Origin: Methanothermobacter thermautotrophicus str. Delta H
GTDB lineage: Archaea > Methanobacteriota > Methanobacteria > Methanobacteriales > Methanothermobacteraceae
Reading direction: 5' to 3'
Length of the DNA: 32,000 bases
Assembly: GCF_000008645.1 (NCBI RefSeq)
Contig: NC_000916.1
Location: 720,001-752,000, forward strand
Each line of letters opens with the position of its first letter. Positions within the stretch are counted from its first letter, which is position 1. Made by a program: the position numbers and the translations under genes. This document shows positions 20,341 through 29,957 of this stretch, piece by piece. Below the pieces are notes generated by a model. That model was given only the letters and a program-made list of their open reading frames with translations. It had not been told where the DNA came from and searched no databases.

Positions 20341-20649
20341 TCAACCACCACCATCACATACCTCTGAACCCATATCCACATCCTCAAAGTCTTCCTTCAT
20401 CTTCCTGATGCGGTCAATGGTGTCACCGCGACCCCCCTTCCTGACCGCCCTCCGGAGTTCGGATTTATCCACAACCTCCAGGTATCCTGTATTGTACCAG
20501 AGGTCTGAGTCCTCAAGGCGGACCCATCCCTCGCCATCCTCAACCTTGATGGCTGAGATCTCACCGGTGGTCCCTGTTCCAGTGTAACGTACAGCCATTC
20601 CCACCGTCAGAACATTTCCGTTTATGTCCTTTACCTCCATGCCACTCAC
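20341..20649 (-). CDS. Small conserved hypothetical protein (beta-rich N-domain, charged tail)
   Basis: 102 aa. It begins 3 nt after the PRC-barrel gene stop on the same strand. No motif recognised with confidence (possibly DUF2098-like). Confidence 0.6.
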   Translation of the reverse strand: MSGMEVKDINGNVLTVGMAVRYTGTGTTGEISAIKVEDGEGWVRLEDSDLWYNTGYLEVVDKSELRRAVRKGGRGDTIDRIRKMKEDFEDVDMGSEVCDGGG

Positions 20650-20652
20650 CCC

Positions 20653-20952
20653 TCATTCAGGGGATATCTCCATGGACTCCTCCTCTTCGGGGGCCTCCTC
20701 TGCCTCATCTGCAGCTATTGCAAGGACGACGTAATCGCCGACCCGGCTGACACTCTCCATATCAACGATGAAGGTCCTCTGCTTGAGGGACAGTTCACCC
20801 TTGGATATTATGAGGGACTTTATGAGGCCCTCCTCAGGATCCACCTCCAGGTCAGAGACCTTACCTATCTCCATTGCATTTTTATCCAGCACCTTAAGAC
20901 CGAGGAACTCCGTCACCTTCATTTGAACACCATGAAATGTTATGTCAGTCAT
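20653..20952 (-). CDS. PRC-barrel domain protein
   Basis: 99 aa. FLGLKVLDKNAMEIGKVSDLEVDPEEGLIKSLII...VSRVGDYVVL matches the PRC-barrel pattern. The tail is acidic. Confidence 0.7.
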   Translation of the reverse strand: MTDITFHGVQMKVTEFLGLKVLDKNAMEIGKVSDLEVDPEEGLIKSLIISKGELSLKQRTFIVDMESVSRVGDYVVLAIAADEAEEAPEEEESMEISPE

Positions 20953-20995
20953 GCTATAAAAAATGATTTATTCATAGCACCCCATATAATAGAAC

Positions 20996-22021
20996 ATGAC
21001 TTCAGTTAAAATATTCAGTGTCTCAGGGATACCCATTGAACTCGATTTCTCATTTCTACTGCTGATGCTGTTCATATACATCCTCGCCTACCTTGGATTC
21101 CTCTCAGTGAACCTTGCAGTTCTAATAACCCTTGTATTTGTAACCGTGGTGATACATGAACTGGCCCACTCCTACGTTGCCCTGAGGTTCGGTGTGAAGA
21201 TAAAGAGCATACTTCTGCTCCCCATCGGTGGGGTTTCAAGGATGGAGGAGATACCCCGCATCCCACGCCAGGAGTTCATGATATCAATCGCCGGGCCCCT
21301 CACAAATATACTCATGGCCCTCATCACAGCGGTCCCGCTCCTGTTTGGTCTGAAAGGAGCTGCTGCAAGTTTCGCAGGTGACTTCCTTGCTGTGAACCTG
21401 CTTCTTGCAATCTTCAACCTCATACCTGCCTTCCCGATGGATGGTGGCCGTATACTGAGGGCCATCCTGGCTGCGAGACTGAATTACATCAGGGCCACCC
21501 GGATAGCTTCGAACCTCGGAAAAATCATAGCGGTCCTGATGGCCGTAACCGGTCTCTTCTACAACTTCTTCCTGATACTCATCGGCTTCTTCATCTACAT
21601 CGGAGCAGAGCAGGAGTACCAGGCAACCCTCATCTCATCACTCCTGGAGGGTGTCAGGGTGGCAGATGTTATGACAGAGAACCCTGTGACTCTTCACCCT
21701 CATATGACGGTTAAGGAGGCCCTCGATGTGATGTTCCGTGAAAAGCACATGGGTTATCCTGTGACCGAGGCCGGTGAACTGAGGGGTATTGTTACCTTCC
21801 ATGATATATCTGATGCCAGCAGGGACCTCAGGGTGGAGGATGTCATGACAGGGGACGTTGTCACAGTGCGAGATGATGAGGAGGTTACAGGAGCCCTTGA
21901 GAAGATGAACCGGCTGCAGCTTGGAAGGCTCCCTGTGATGAGGGACGGTAAACTCACAGGTATAATTTCAAGAACAGATATAGTCAGAACACTCAACCTG
22001 ATGAACAAAAAAACAGAATAA
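20996..22021 (+). CDS. Site-2 protease family (M50) metalloprotease with tandem C-terminal CBS domains
   Basis: HELAHS zinc motif inside a TM helix, NLIPAFPMDGGR second motif, then two CBS-like repeats (VADVMTENPVTL... and VEDVMTGDVVTV...). Confidence 0.88.
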   Translation: MTSVKIFSVSGIPIELDFSFLLLMLFIYILAYLGFLSVNLAVLITLVFVTVVIHELAHSYVALRFGVKIKSILLLPIGGVSRMEEIPRIPRQEFMISIAGPLTNILMALITAVPLLFGLKGAAASFAGDFLAVNLLLAIFNLIPAFPMDGGRILRAILAARLNYIRATRIASNLGKIIAVLMAVTGLFYNFFLILIGFFIYIGAEQEYQATLISSLLEGVRVADVMTENPVTLHPHMTVKEALDVMFREKHMGYPVTEAGELRGIVTFHDISDASRDLRVEDVMTGDVVTVRDDEEVTGALEKMNRLQLGRLPVMRDGKLTGIISRTDIVRTLNLMNKKTE

Positions 22022-22077
22022 CCAGGATCAAAAAACTCGAGCGATGAAAAACCGAATGGATATGATGTACAGAATGG

Positions 22078-23715
22078 ATGAACACCGATAAACAGGGGAT
22101 CAGGATCATGAAGGACGCGTCACGCCTCATAATCAATGGAATAATTTCAGGTGAAATAAGGACAAGGAAGGACCTTGAGAGGTTCAAGCACAGGGTCTGC
22201 CGTGAAATGGGACTTGAGAGATTCATGAGCAACTCTGAAATCCTTGAACATGCGACTCCGGAGGAGAAAAAGGTTATAGAGGGCCTCTTGAGAAAAAAAC
22301 CCACAAGGACCATCTCAGGGGTTGCTGTCGTCGCTGTAATGTGCCAGCCCCGGGAATGCCCCCATGGGAGGTGCCTGTACTGTCCAGAGAGTGAAAAGGC
22401 ACCTCCCAGTTACACTGGAGAGGAACCTGCAGCCCTGAGGGCCAGGATGTACGATTTCCACCCCTACAGGCAGGTTTACAACCGCCTGGAGCAGCTCCAC
22501 AGCATAGGTCACCCCGTGGATAAGGTTGAACTCATAGTTATGGGGGGGACCTTCCCCTCCCACAGCCTCTGCTACCAGGAGTGGTTCATCTCCATGTGCC
22601 TCAAGGCCATGGTGGACTTCGGGGCGGAACTCAGGGGCATCAGGGTGGATGTGCCAGAACACCATGGATACGTGAAGGTTGAGGACGCCCAGAGACTAAA
22701 CGAGTCCTCGCCGGTGAGATGCGTTGGCATGACCTTCGAGACAAGACCAGACTACTGCAGGGAGGAGGACGTGGACAGGATGCTGGGCCTGGGAGTTACC
22801 AGGGTCGAGCTGGGAGTTCAGACCATATACAACTACATCTACCAGCGGATCAAGAGAGGCCACAGCATAAGGGATGTGGTGGAATCCAACAGGATCCTCA
22901 GGGACTCCGGGGTGAAGGTTGCCATGCACCTGATGCCTGGCCTGTTCTCAGACTTTGAAAGGGACCTGCGCATATTCAGGAGGATATTCAGGGACCCCTC
23001 CTTCAGACCGGATATGATCAAGATATATCCCTGCCTTGTGACCCGTGGCAGCGAACTCTACAGCCTATGGGAGAGGGGCCTCTATAAGCCCTACTCCACT
23101 GAGGAGGCGGTTGAACTTATCGTGGAGATAAAGAAGATGATGCCGAAGTGGGTGAGGACCATGAGGATACAGAGGGATATTCCCTCACGGCTCATAGTGG
23201 ACGGTGTCAGGAAGTCCAATCTCGGTGAAATGGTCTACAGGCGCCTGGAGGAGGAGGGGGTGAGGTGCAGGTGTATAAGGTGCCGTGAGGTTGGACACAT
23301 GTCAAGGAGGGGTGTGAGGGTCGACGAGGATGCTGTTACCCTCATGGTGGAGGAGTACGCAGCCACCGGGGGGCGGGAGTTCTTCCTCTCCCAGGAGGAC
23401 CCTGAAAATGACGTCCTTGTGGGTTTCCTGAGGCTGAGGTTCCCATCAGAGGAGGCCCACCGCCCCGAGGTCGATGATAAAACAGCCCTTGTAAGGGAAC
23501 TGCATGTATACGGTTCAATGCTCCCCATAGGAGAAAGGGGAGATGCCGTTGGTCAGCACAGGGGCTACGGTGAGGAGCTACTTGCAAGGGCAGAGTCCCT
23601 GGCTGCTGATAATGGAATGGAGAAGATACTTGTAACAAGTGGGATAGGTGCCCGTGAATACTACAGCAAATTCGGATACCTGAAGGAGGGCCCCTACATG
23701 GCAAAGAAACTTTAG
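22078..23715 (+). CDS. elp3: Elp3-type radical-SAM/GNAT tRNA wobble-uridine modification enzyme
   Basis: 545 aa. Radical-SAM cluster region [18 protein letters not shown], and a C-terminal GNAT block (ELHVYG...[10 protein letters not shown]). ATG at 22108 is an alternative start. Confidence 0.88.
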   Translation: MNTDKQGIRIMKDASRLIINGIISGEIRTRKDLERFKHRVCREMGLERFMSNSEILEHATPEEKKVIEGLLRKKPTRTISGVAVVAVMCQPRECPHGRCLYCPESEKAPPSYTGEEPAALRARMYDFHPYRQVYNRLEQLHSIGHPVDKVELIVMGGTFPSHSLCYQEWFISMCLKAMVDFGAELRGIRVDVPEHHGYVKVEDAQRLNESSPVRCVGMTFETRPDYCREEDVDRMLGLGVTRVELGVQTIYNYIYQRIKRGHSIRDVVESNRILRDSGVKVAMHLMPGLFSDFERDLRIFRRIFRDPSFRPDMIKIYPCLVTRGSELYSLWERGLYKPYSTEEAVELIVEIKKMMPKWVRTMRIQRDIPSRLIVDGVRKSNLGEMVYRRLEEEGVRCRCIRCREVGHMSRRGVRVDEDAVTLMVEEYAATGGREFFLSQEDPENDVLVGFLRLRFPSEEAHRPEVDDKTALVRELHVYGSMLPIGERGDAVGQHRGYGEELLARAESLAADNGMEKILVTSGIGAREYYSKFGYLKEGPYMAKKL

Positions 23716-23724
23716 GTGGTTAAA

Positions 23725-24390
23725 ATGAATGTGGAGACAAGGGAGGAACTTGCATCACTTATAGACCACACCAATGTGAGGGCTGATGCAACAGAAAATG
23801 ATATTGAGAGGCTATGCAGGGAGGCGGTCAGCTACGGCTTCAGGTGCGCGGTGGTCACACCCACCAATGTCAGGCTGGCGGCTGAACTCCTTGAGGGGAC
23901 CGATGTGACGGTCTGCTCAGTTGTTGGTTTCCCGGCAGGCGTCAGTACACCCCGCGTTAAGGCCCTTGAAGCCTCTGAGGCCGTTGAGAACGGGGCCGGT
24001 GAGGTGGACATGGTCATGAATATCGGGGCCATGAAGTCAGGCAATAGGGAGCTCGTATACAGGGATATCAGCGGCGTTGTTGATGCCGCCGGCGTCCCCG
24101 TCAAGGTTATACTTGAAACAGCCTATCTCACAGACAAGGAGAAGGTTGAAGCCTGCCTTATAAGTAAAGAGGCCGGTGCGGCATTTGTTAAAACATCAAC
24201 AGCCTATGGTGGACTAGCCGGCGCCACAGTTGAGGATGTGATGCTCATGCGGAAAACGGTGGGTGATGAGATGGGAGTCAAGGCATCTGGGGGAATAAGG
24301 GATCTTGAAACAGCCCTTGCGATGATAGATGCTGGGGCAGACAGGATCGGGACATCAACCGGTGTACAGATAATCGAGGGATGGAGGTAG
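23725..24390 (+). CDS. deoC: Deoxyribose-phosphate aldolase
   Basis: [35 protein letters not shown] (Schiff-base Lys) and [14 protein letters not shown] at 23714-23719 favours ATG 23725 over GTG 23716. Confidence 0.9.
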   Translation: MNVETREELASLIDHTNVRADATENDIERLCREAVSYGFRCAVVTPTNVRLAAELLEGTDVTVCSVVGFPAGVSTPRVKALEASEAVENGAGEVDMVMNIGAMKSGNRELVYRDISGVVDAAGVPVKVILETAYLTDKEKVEACLISKEAGAAFVKTSTAYGGLAGATVEDVMLMRKTVGDEMGVKASGGIRDLETALAMIDAGADRIGTSTGVQIIEGWR

Positions 24391-24396
24391 TGGCTG

Positions 24397-24759
24397 GTGA
24401 GGACCATGAGGATAAGGATAACCGTTGAGGGTAAGGGCCATGCCACCGGTGAACTTGATGATAGAAACCCCGAATCTGCAAGGAGAATCTATGATAGCCT
24501 TCCTATTGAGGGGAGGGCCCTCCTCTGGATGGAAGAGGTCTACTTTGACATACCCCTCGACCTTGACTATGAGAACCCCTCTGATAGTGCCTCCCCTGGT
24601 GACATCTCCTACTGGCCGCCCGGTTATGCCCTGTGCATCTTCTTTGGATCAACACAGCCCTATTCACCTGTGAACCACATAGGCAGGATAACCAAAAACC
24701 TTGAGCTCTTCTTCAGTGTGGATGAGGGTGACAGGATAATAATAGAAAGGGAAGAGTAA
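24397..24759 (+). CDS. Cyclophilin-like (TM1367-like) protein of unknown function
   Basis: 120 aa. GDISYWPPGYALCIFFG closely resembles the GD.GYWPPG.ALC.FFG block I recall from TM1367-family proteins. It starts 6 nt after the deoC stop. Confidence 0.7.
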   Translation: MRTMRIRITVEGKGHATGELDDRNPESARRIYDSLPIEGRALLWMEEVYFDIPLDLDYENPSDSASPGDISYWPPGYALCIFFGSTQPYSPVNHIGRITKNLELFFSVDEGDRIIIEREE

Positions 24760-24867
24760 CCTGCTGAAAGGGGCTGAGCCTCCCTGAATTCCTCCCAATA
24801 GGAAGGAAAGCAGATCTATTACAATAGAAAAGGAAAGGTTTATTCGGAGAATTACATTACGGATGTG

Positions 24868-25983
24868 CTAGACGTCCTCTATCTCACGGTAAAGGGTGTC
24901 CCTTCTTGCAGGGATCCTTCCTATGTCCCTCACAACCCTTATTATTTCTTCAGGCTCTGTCCTCACACCATGTGATGCCCCGGCGGACTTTGAAATGTTC
25001 TCCTCACCAAGCGTGCCCCCTATGTCATTGGCACCTGAAAGGAGGGCCACCTGAGCAAATTTGAATCCCAGTTTAACCCATGAGGCCTGTATGTTCTCAA
25101 TGAGACCCCTGAACATGAGCCTGGATATTGCATAGACCTTGAGGTCGTCTGCACCCGTTGCTCCGGGCATTGCCAGCCCCTCACGGTAGATGGGTGCGTG
25201 TGGGTGCATGAAGGGGAGGGGTACGAACTCTGTAAAGCCCCCGGTCTTCTCCTGGATCCTCCTCAGTATATCCATGTGCTCAACACGGTGTTCAGGCCCG
25301 TCTATGTGACCATACATCATTGTGCAGGTGGTGGGTATCCCCACACGGTGAGCTGTCTCTATGACCTCAACCCACTCACCGGTACTCAGCTTGGTGGGGC
25401 ATATGACTGCCCTGACATCATCATCCAGTATCTCTGCAGCTGTTCCTGGCATTGAACCAAGGCCAGCCCTCTTAAGTATTTTCAGAGCCTCTTCAACCGT
25501 TAATTCAGCATTCTGAGCCCCATAATAGACCTCCATTGGGGAAAAGGAGTGGAGGTGGACATCCGGAAACTCGGATTTTATGGCCCTTATGAGGTCCTCG
25601 TAGAAGTAGGTGTCGAGGCCTGGGTAGAGACCTCCCTGTATGCACAGCTCCCTGGCCCCCTTCTCAATGGCCTCTGCTGCGATTTCAAGGATCCTTTCTG
25701 TTTCAAGGTAGTAGGAGTCACCATCCGCAGCATCCCTTTTGAATGCACAGAACCCGCACTGCCCCGAGCATATGTTGGTGAAGTTTATATTCCAGTTCTC
25801 GATGTAGGTTATCCTGTCACCGGCTTCAGCCTCCCTAACCATATCTGCAGCTATCATAAGGGCCTGGAGATCCCTGCCGGTTACTCCCATCAAATAAAGG
25901 GCTTCTTCCTTTGTGATTGGCTCATCCATCGCCTTCTGAAGTATTTTTTTTGTGCGGGTTTTGATGTTCATGGTGCCAAACAT
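24868..25983 (-). CDS. cofH: FO (7,8-didemethyl-8-hydroxy-5-deazariboflavin) synthase subunit CofH, radical SAM
   Basis: Cluster motif [37 protein letters not shown] and TTCTMMYGH. The ORF extends to 26079, but a TATA-like AAAAATTTTAAAC ~30 nt upstream of the ATG at 25983 suggests the shorter start (MFGTMNIK...). Confidence 0.85.
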   Translation of the reverse strand: MFGTMNIKTRTKKILQKAMDEPITKEEALYLMGVTGRDLQALMIAADMVREAEAGDRITYIENWNINFTNICSGQCGFCAFKRDAADGDSYYLETERILEIAAEAIEKGARELCIQGGLYPGLDTYFYEDLIRAIKSEFPDVHLHSFSPMEVYYGAQNAELTVEEALKILKRAGLGSMPGTAAEILDDDVRAVICPTKLSTGEWVEVIETAHRVGIPTTCTMMYGHIDGPEHRVEHMDILRRIQEKTGGFTEFVPLPFMHPHAPIYREGLAMPGATGADDLKVYAISRLMFRGLIENIQASWVKLGFKFAQVALLSGANDIGGTLGEENISKSAGASHGVRTEPEEIIRVVRDIGRIPARRDTLYREIEDV

Positions 25984-26006
25984 GCGATTTAGTATCTGGT
26001 TATGCA

Positions 26007-26021
26007 AGTTTAAAATTTTTG
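26007..26021 (-). promoter_or_regulatory. BRE/TATA-like element upstream of cofH
   Basis: The minus strand reads AAAAATTTTAAACTT, centred ~30 nt upstream of the ATG at 25983. Confidence 0.35.
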
Positions 26022-26087
26022 GTTTTGGTGAGATCCACACCCATTCAACCCCATATGGTCCATGTGGTCCATTAATCACCCGTAACC

Positions 26088-26103
26088 AATAAATTTAAAT
26101 ATT
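26088..26103 (+). promoter_or_regulatory. TATA-box candidate for the histone gene
   Basis: AATAAATTTAAATATT lies ~38 nt upstream of the ATG. SD GGAGGTGA is at 26124-26131. Confidence 0.35.
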
Positions 26104-26135
26104 AGAGCGTACCAGCTTAATTTGGAGGTGAAATT

Positions 26136-26342
26136 ATGGCTGAATTACCAATTGCACCAGTAGGTAGAATAATAAAAAATGCCGGTGCCCAGAGAATAAG
26201 TGATGATGCAAAAGAGGCTTTAGCAAAGGCCCTTGAAGAAATGGGTGAAGAAATCTCACGCAAAGCCGTTGAACTTGCAAAACACGCCGGCAGAAAAACT
26301 GTTAAAGCCACAGACATAGAAATGGCCGCTAAACAGTTATAA
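26136..26342 (+). CDS. Archaeal histone (HMf/HMt family)
   Basis: 68 aa: [64 protein letters not shown]. This is the canonical histone fold of methanogen histones, probably the HMtA-type gene. Confidence 0.93.
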   Translation: MAELPIAPVGRIIKNAGAQRISDDAKEALAKALEEMGEEISRKAVELAKHAGRKTVKATDIEMAAKQL

Positions 26343-26451
26343 TTAGATCTTATTACTACTATTTATTTATTTTTAGGGACACTGCAAATTTTAATCTAAT
26401 TTTAGGGCCTCTACTTCCTGATTGTATCTCCATTCCCCTTCTGTATCTGCA

Positions 26452-26466
26452 ATAAAGATATATAAC
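26452..26466 (+). promoter_or_regulatory. TATA-box candidate for the rubrerythrin gene
   Basis: AATAAAGATATATAA lies ~50 nt upstream of the ATG. SD GTGAGGTGAT is at 26498-26507. Confidence 0.4.
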
Positions 26467-26513
26467 TGATGCTAATATATTATTACTGGTATAAGCAGTG
26501 AGGTGATTTTTTT

Positions 26514-27005
26514 ATGTCAACAATGGATAACCTGAAGGAAGCCTTTGCAGGGGAGTCCCAGGCAAACAGAAAGTACCTTGCCTTTGCAAAGAAGGCAGAT
26601 GAAGAGGGATACCACCAGGTCGCAAAGCTCTTCCGTGCAGCCGCAGCGGCAGAGACCGTCCATGCAATGAACCACCTTGATGCCATGGATGCTGTCAGGA
26701 GTACCGAGGAGAACCTCAGGGAGGCAATAGAGGGAGAAACAGCTGAATTCGAGGATATGTACCCTGGTTTCATTGAGGAGGCCGAAGCCGAAGGTCATGA
26801 ACAGGCCCGCTGGAGCTTCGACGTTGCAAACAGGGTTGAAAAGATCCATGCAGAGCTGTACAAGAAAGCCCTGGAGAACCTTGGAAGTAACGTTGAGGTG
26901 GACTACTACGTCTGCAACTGGTGCGGTAACACCGTTGAGGGCGAGGCTCCTTCAAGGTGCCCTATCTGTGGAGCTCCAAAGGACGAGTTCAAAAAGATAG
27001 ATTAA
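26514..27005 (+). CDS. rbr: Rubrerythrin (diiron four-helix bundle plus C-terminal rubredoxin-like domain)
   Basis: AGESQANRKY, ETVHA and EGETAE..MYP diiron ligand blocks. The C-terminus carries CNWCG...CPICG. Confidence 0.9.
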   Translation: MSTMDNLKEAFAGESQANRKYLAFAKKADEEGYHQVAKLFRAAAAAETVHAMNHLDAMDAVRSTEENLREAIEGETAEFEDMYPGFIEEAEAEGHEQARWSFDVANRVEKIHAELYKKALENLGSNVEVDYYVCNWCGNTVEGEAPSRCPICGAPKDEFKKID

Positions 27006-27064
27006 CCTAAACCTTTCTTTTATGCCGCAGCAGATTAAAGGCACAGAAACTTTGTATTAATGCC

Positions 27065-29195
27065 CTAACCAGAATTATTGAGGACCAGACCCTTCTCTGT
27101 AAATGTTATCCTGAATGTTGTCCCCCCATCTGAAATCATCTCGACCTTCCCATCGATCTGTTCAGTGAGGCTTTCTTACAAGCTGCAGTCCGAGTGATGG
27201 GCTGCTCTCCCAGTCAATATCCTCTGGAAAACCTGCGCCATCATCACTGACCTCAAGGGTAACCGTGCCGTTCCTCTTCCTGAGGGAAACCGTTACCGTG
27301 CCCTCCCCATCCGGGAATGCATGCTTCACAGCATTTGTTAAAAGTTCATTGACTATGAGGCCCAGGGGGACAGCAGTCTCCACATCAACCTTTAATTCAT
27401 CTATCTCCAGCTTCAGCCGGATACGTGAATCTGCAGAGTAACTCCTGAATATCTCTGATGCGAGTCTGCCCAGGTATTCTGCAAGGTCAATGTTCTTCAG
27501 ATCCTCTGAACGGTAAAGTCGCTCATGGATCAGGACCATGGACCGGGTCCTGTTTTCGCTCTCCCTGAAAAGATCCATGGTCTCCCTGTCCTTGGCCTGT
27601 CGGGACTGGAGGCTGAGGAGGCTTGATATTATCATGAGGTTGTTCTTGACTCTGTGGTGGATCTCCTTGAGGAGAAGTTCCTTCTCAGCAAGGGACTTCT
27701 CAAGCATGCTCTGGGTCCTCTTGAGGTCAGAGATGTCATTTAATACAATCAGGAGGCATTCCCTTCCCTCTGCGTGTATGAGCTTGTTGTATATCCTCAC
27801 GGTGTATTCCCTTCCATATGGATCTGTAAGGACCATCTCATAGGGTTCCAGAGTGCCATCCCTCTCTATCACTTCAATTTTGGACCTGAATTCCGTCTTA
27901 ACATCATCAGAAAGGAATTCCAGTTCATAGATGGATCTTCCCCTCAGTTCCTCTGATGGAATTCCAAGGGTCCCGGCGAGGGTTGAGTTCACATCAAGTA
28001 TCCTCCCATCCTCAGGATCCAGGAGGAGTATGTATTCTGGTGAAAGGTCAAATAGGGATCTGTATTTCTCCTCACTCTCCCGCAGTCTCCTTTCGTTCTC
28101 CAGTCTCTGGGTTATATCCCTTGCAACCGATACAGCCACCTTCATCTCTCCAAGTTCAAGTAGCCTTGAGTTAACCTCAACAGGTATCCTCCTGCCATCC
28201 CTGGAGATATAGGTTCTGTTGAATGTCACCTTCCCACTTCTGAGGAGGTTTTTTATGATATCATATGACTGTTCCCTGCTCACCCCCATATCAGCAGGTG
28301 TCATCCTGAGGAGTTCATCCCTGGAATAGCCCAGCTTTTCAACTGCCGCCCTGTTAACCTCAATATATTTACCGGGAAGACCATTTTCCCTGATCTCCAC
28401 GATGGTTATTATGTCCTCAACTCCATCGAAAACCGCTCTGAATTTCCTTTCACTTTCAATCAAGGCATTTTCTGCCATTTTTCTTTCCGTTACATCCCTT
28501 ATGACGGCTGTTATAAATTTTTCATCCATATAATTCCAGCTGAAGACAGATATCTCCAGCGGCACCCTTGTTCCATCCTTCCGTACACCCTCAACATCTG
28601 TTACCATGATGGAAATTTCTCTGTCAATAATCCTGTTGAAATCGTGTTTTTCAAGGTTTTCCTCCGTGATTATGGTGTCGATGTGCCTACCCATCATTTC
28701 AGCTGCTCTGTAACCAAATATCTTCTCCGCTGCACTGTTCCATGATACAATACTCCCATTCCCATCAACGGTTATTATGGCGTCCCTTGCAGATTCGACT
28801 ATTGTCCTGTATTTCTCCTCACTCTCTGCCAGTGCCTCCTCTGATTCCCCAATGGACTCTGATAGGATCACGGTGATGGCATTCACAAAGAACATCACAG
28901 ACAGACGCATGACATCATCCTGGAATCCACCGAGGGATGCGAGGGCATGAGTCACAAGGAGCACGGTGCCAAGAAAGGCCGTCACTATGAAGGACCTTCT
29001 CCCGAACCATACCGCAGCGAATACCATGGGTATGTAAAATAGGTGGGTGAATACTATCTCAACGCCGAGGATCATGTGAAAGTAGATGGTGGCTGCTGCG
29101 CAGAGTATGGTGAATGATGTGACAATTACCAGCCGGGCTCTTCTATTCCAGTATGATTGTATCTTTTCTGCAACAGGAAGACTCTTGTAGGTCAA
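27065..29195 (-). CDS. Membrane-anchored multi-PAS sensor histidine kinase (HisKA_2-type H-box), apparently frameshifted at the 3' end
   Basis: ORF 27162..29195 has N-terminal TM segments, several PAS-like repeats (SEEKYR.. recurring), H-box EIHHRVKNNL, N-box NELLTNAVKHAF and DDGAGFP. After SLGLQLVR the frame stops (KPH-stop). The adjacent frame continues SLTEQIDGKVEMISDGGTTFRITFTEKGLVLNNSG-stop, ending at 27065. The start codon is TTG at 29195. Confidence 0.85.
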
Positions 29196-29513
29196 GAAAC
29201 ATCCCCCATCAAAGTGTACCAGCTTAATCAGATGATGATGTTAGATGTGATCACATGGATTTATGGTTTCAAGTTACATTATTCACAAGGTTATACTTAA
29301 AGTTAAACCATCAAATTTAACATTAGCTTAAATTGTTCCATGAACAGACATTACCATTGAATATCTAACAGAATCTGATGGGATAAATGAATCTTCAACG
29401 CTCCAATTCAAAATCGTATTGCTGCAGGAACTCCACCTGAGCTAATGTGTCCACCACACCCTTTACAGGCATAAAGGGTGTCTTTATCATCGGATCACCC
29501 CCCCCATGAAGGG

Positions 29514-29527
29514 AAAAGGTTATATAT
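29514..29527 (+). promoter_or_regulatory. BRE/TATA promoter candidate for the tRNA-Val/tRNA-Phe pair
   Basis: AAAAGGTTATATAT is a close match to the methanogen box A consensus (TTTATATA). Its centre is ~32 nt upstream of the tRNA-Val 5' end. Confidence 0.5.
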
Positions 29528-29555
29528 GACCACTTCCATACTTTAGAAGGAACAC

Positions 29556-29627
<72 letters not shown>

Positions 29628-29629
29628 TC

Positions 29630-29707
<78 letters not shown>

Positions 29708-29957
29708 ATAACCACCTCTATATTTTGAGTAAAGTCTTTGAGACCCTAAAAAATTAATTTATAGCAACTACTTATCAACTGACTCTTAAAAACCAGTTCT
29801 GTGACCAGCTTATCTGTGTTTATCAGAGATCGAGTTCATCTTCTAGTTTTACAGTGGTTTCCATGAAGAAGATCCAAAGCATATGATTAATCACTGAAAA
29901 CCCATCATTTTAAAAATCAGTCAGGAGAGGGCCGCAGAATCCATTGAATGAGGGATT

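Noticed and set aside
25984-26079. A 32-codon N-terminal extension of cofH ([32 protein letters not shown]).
   Set aside because: The extension contains the AT-rich TATA-like element AAAAATTTTAAAC and has no counterpart in CofH proteins as I recall them. The ATG at 25983 or 25971 fits promoter spacing better.
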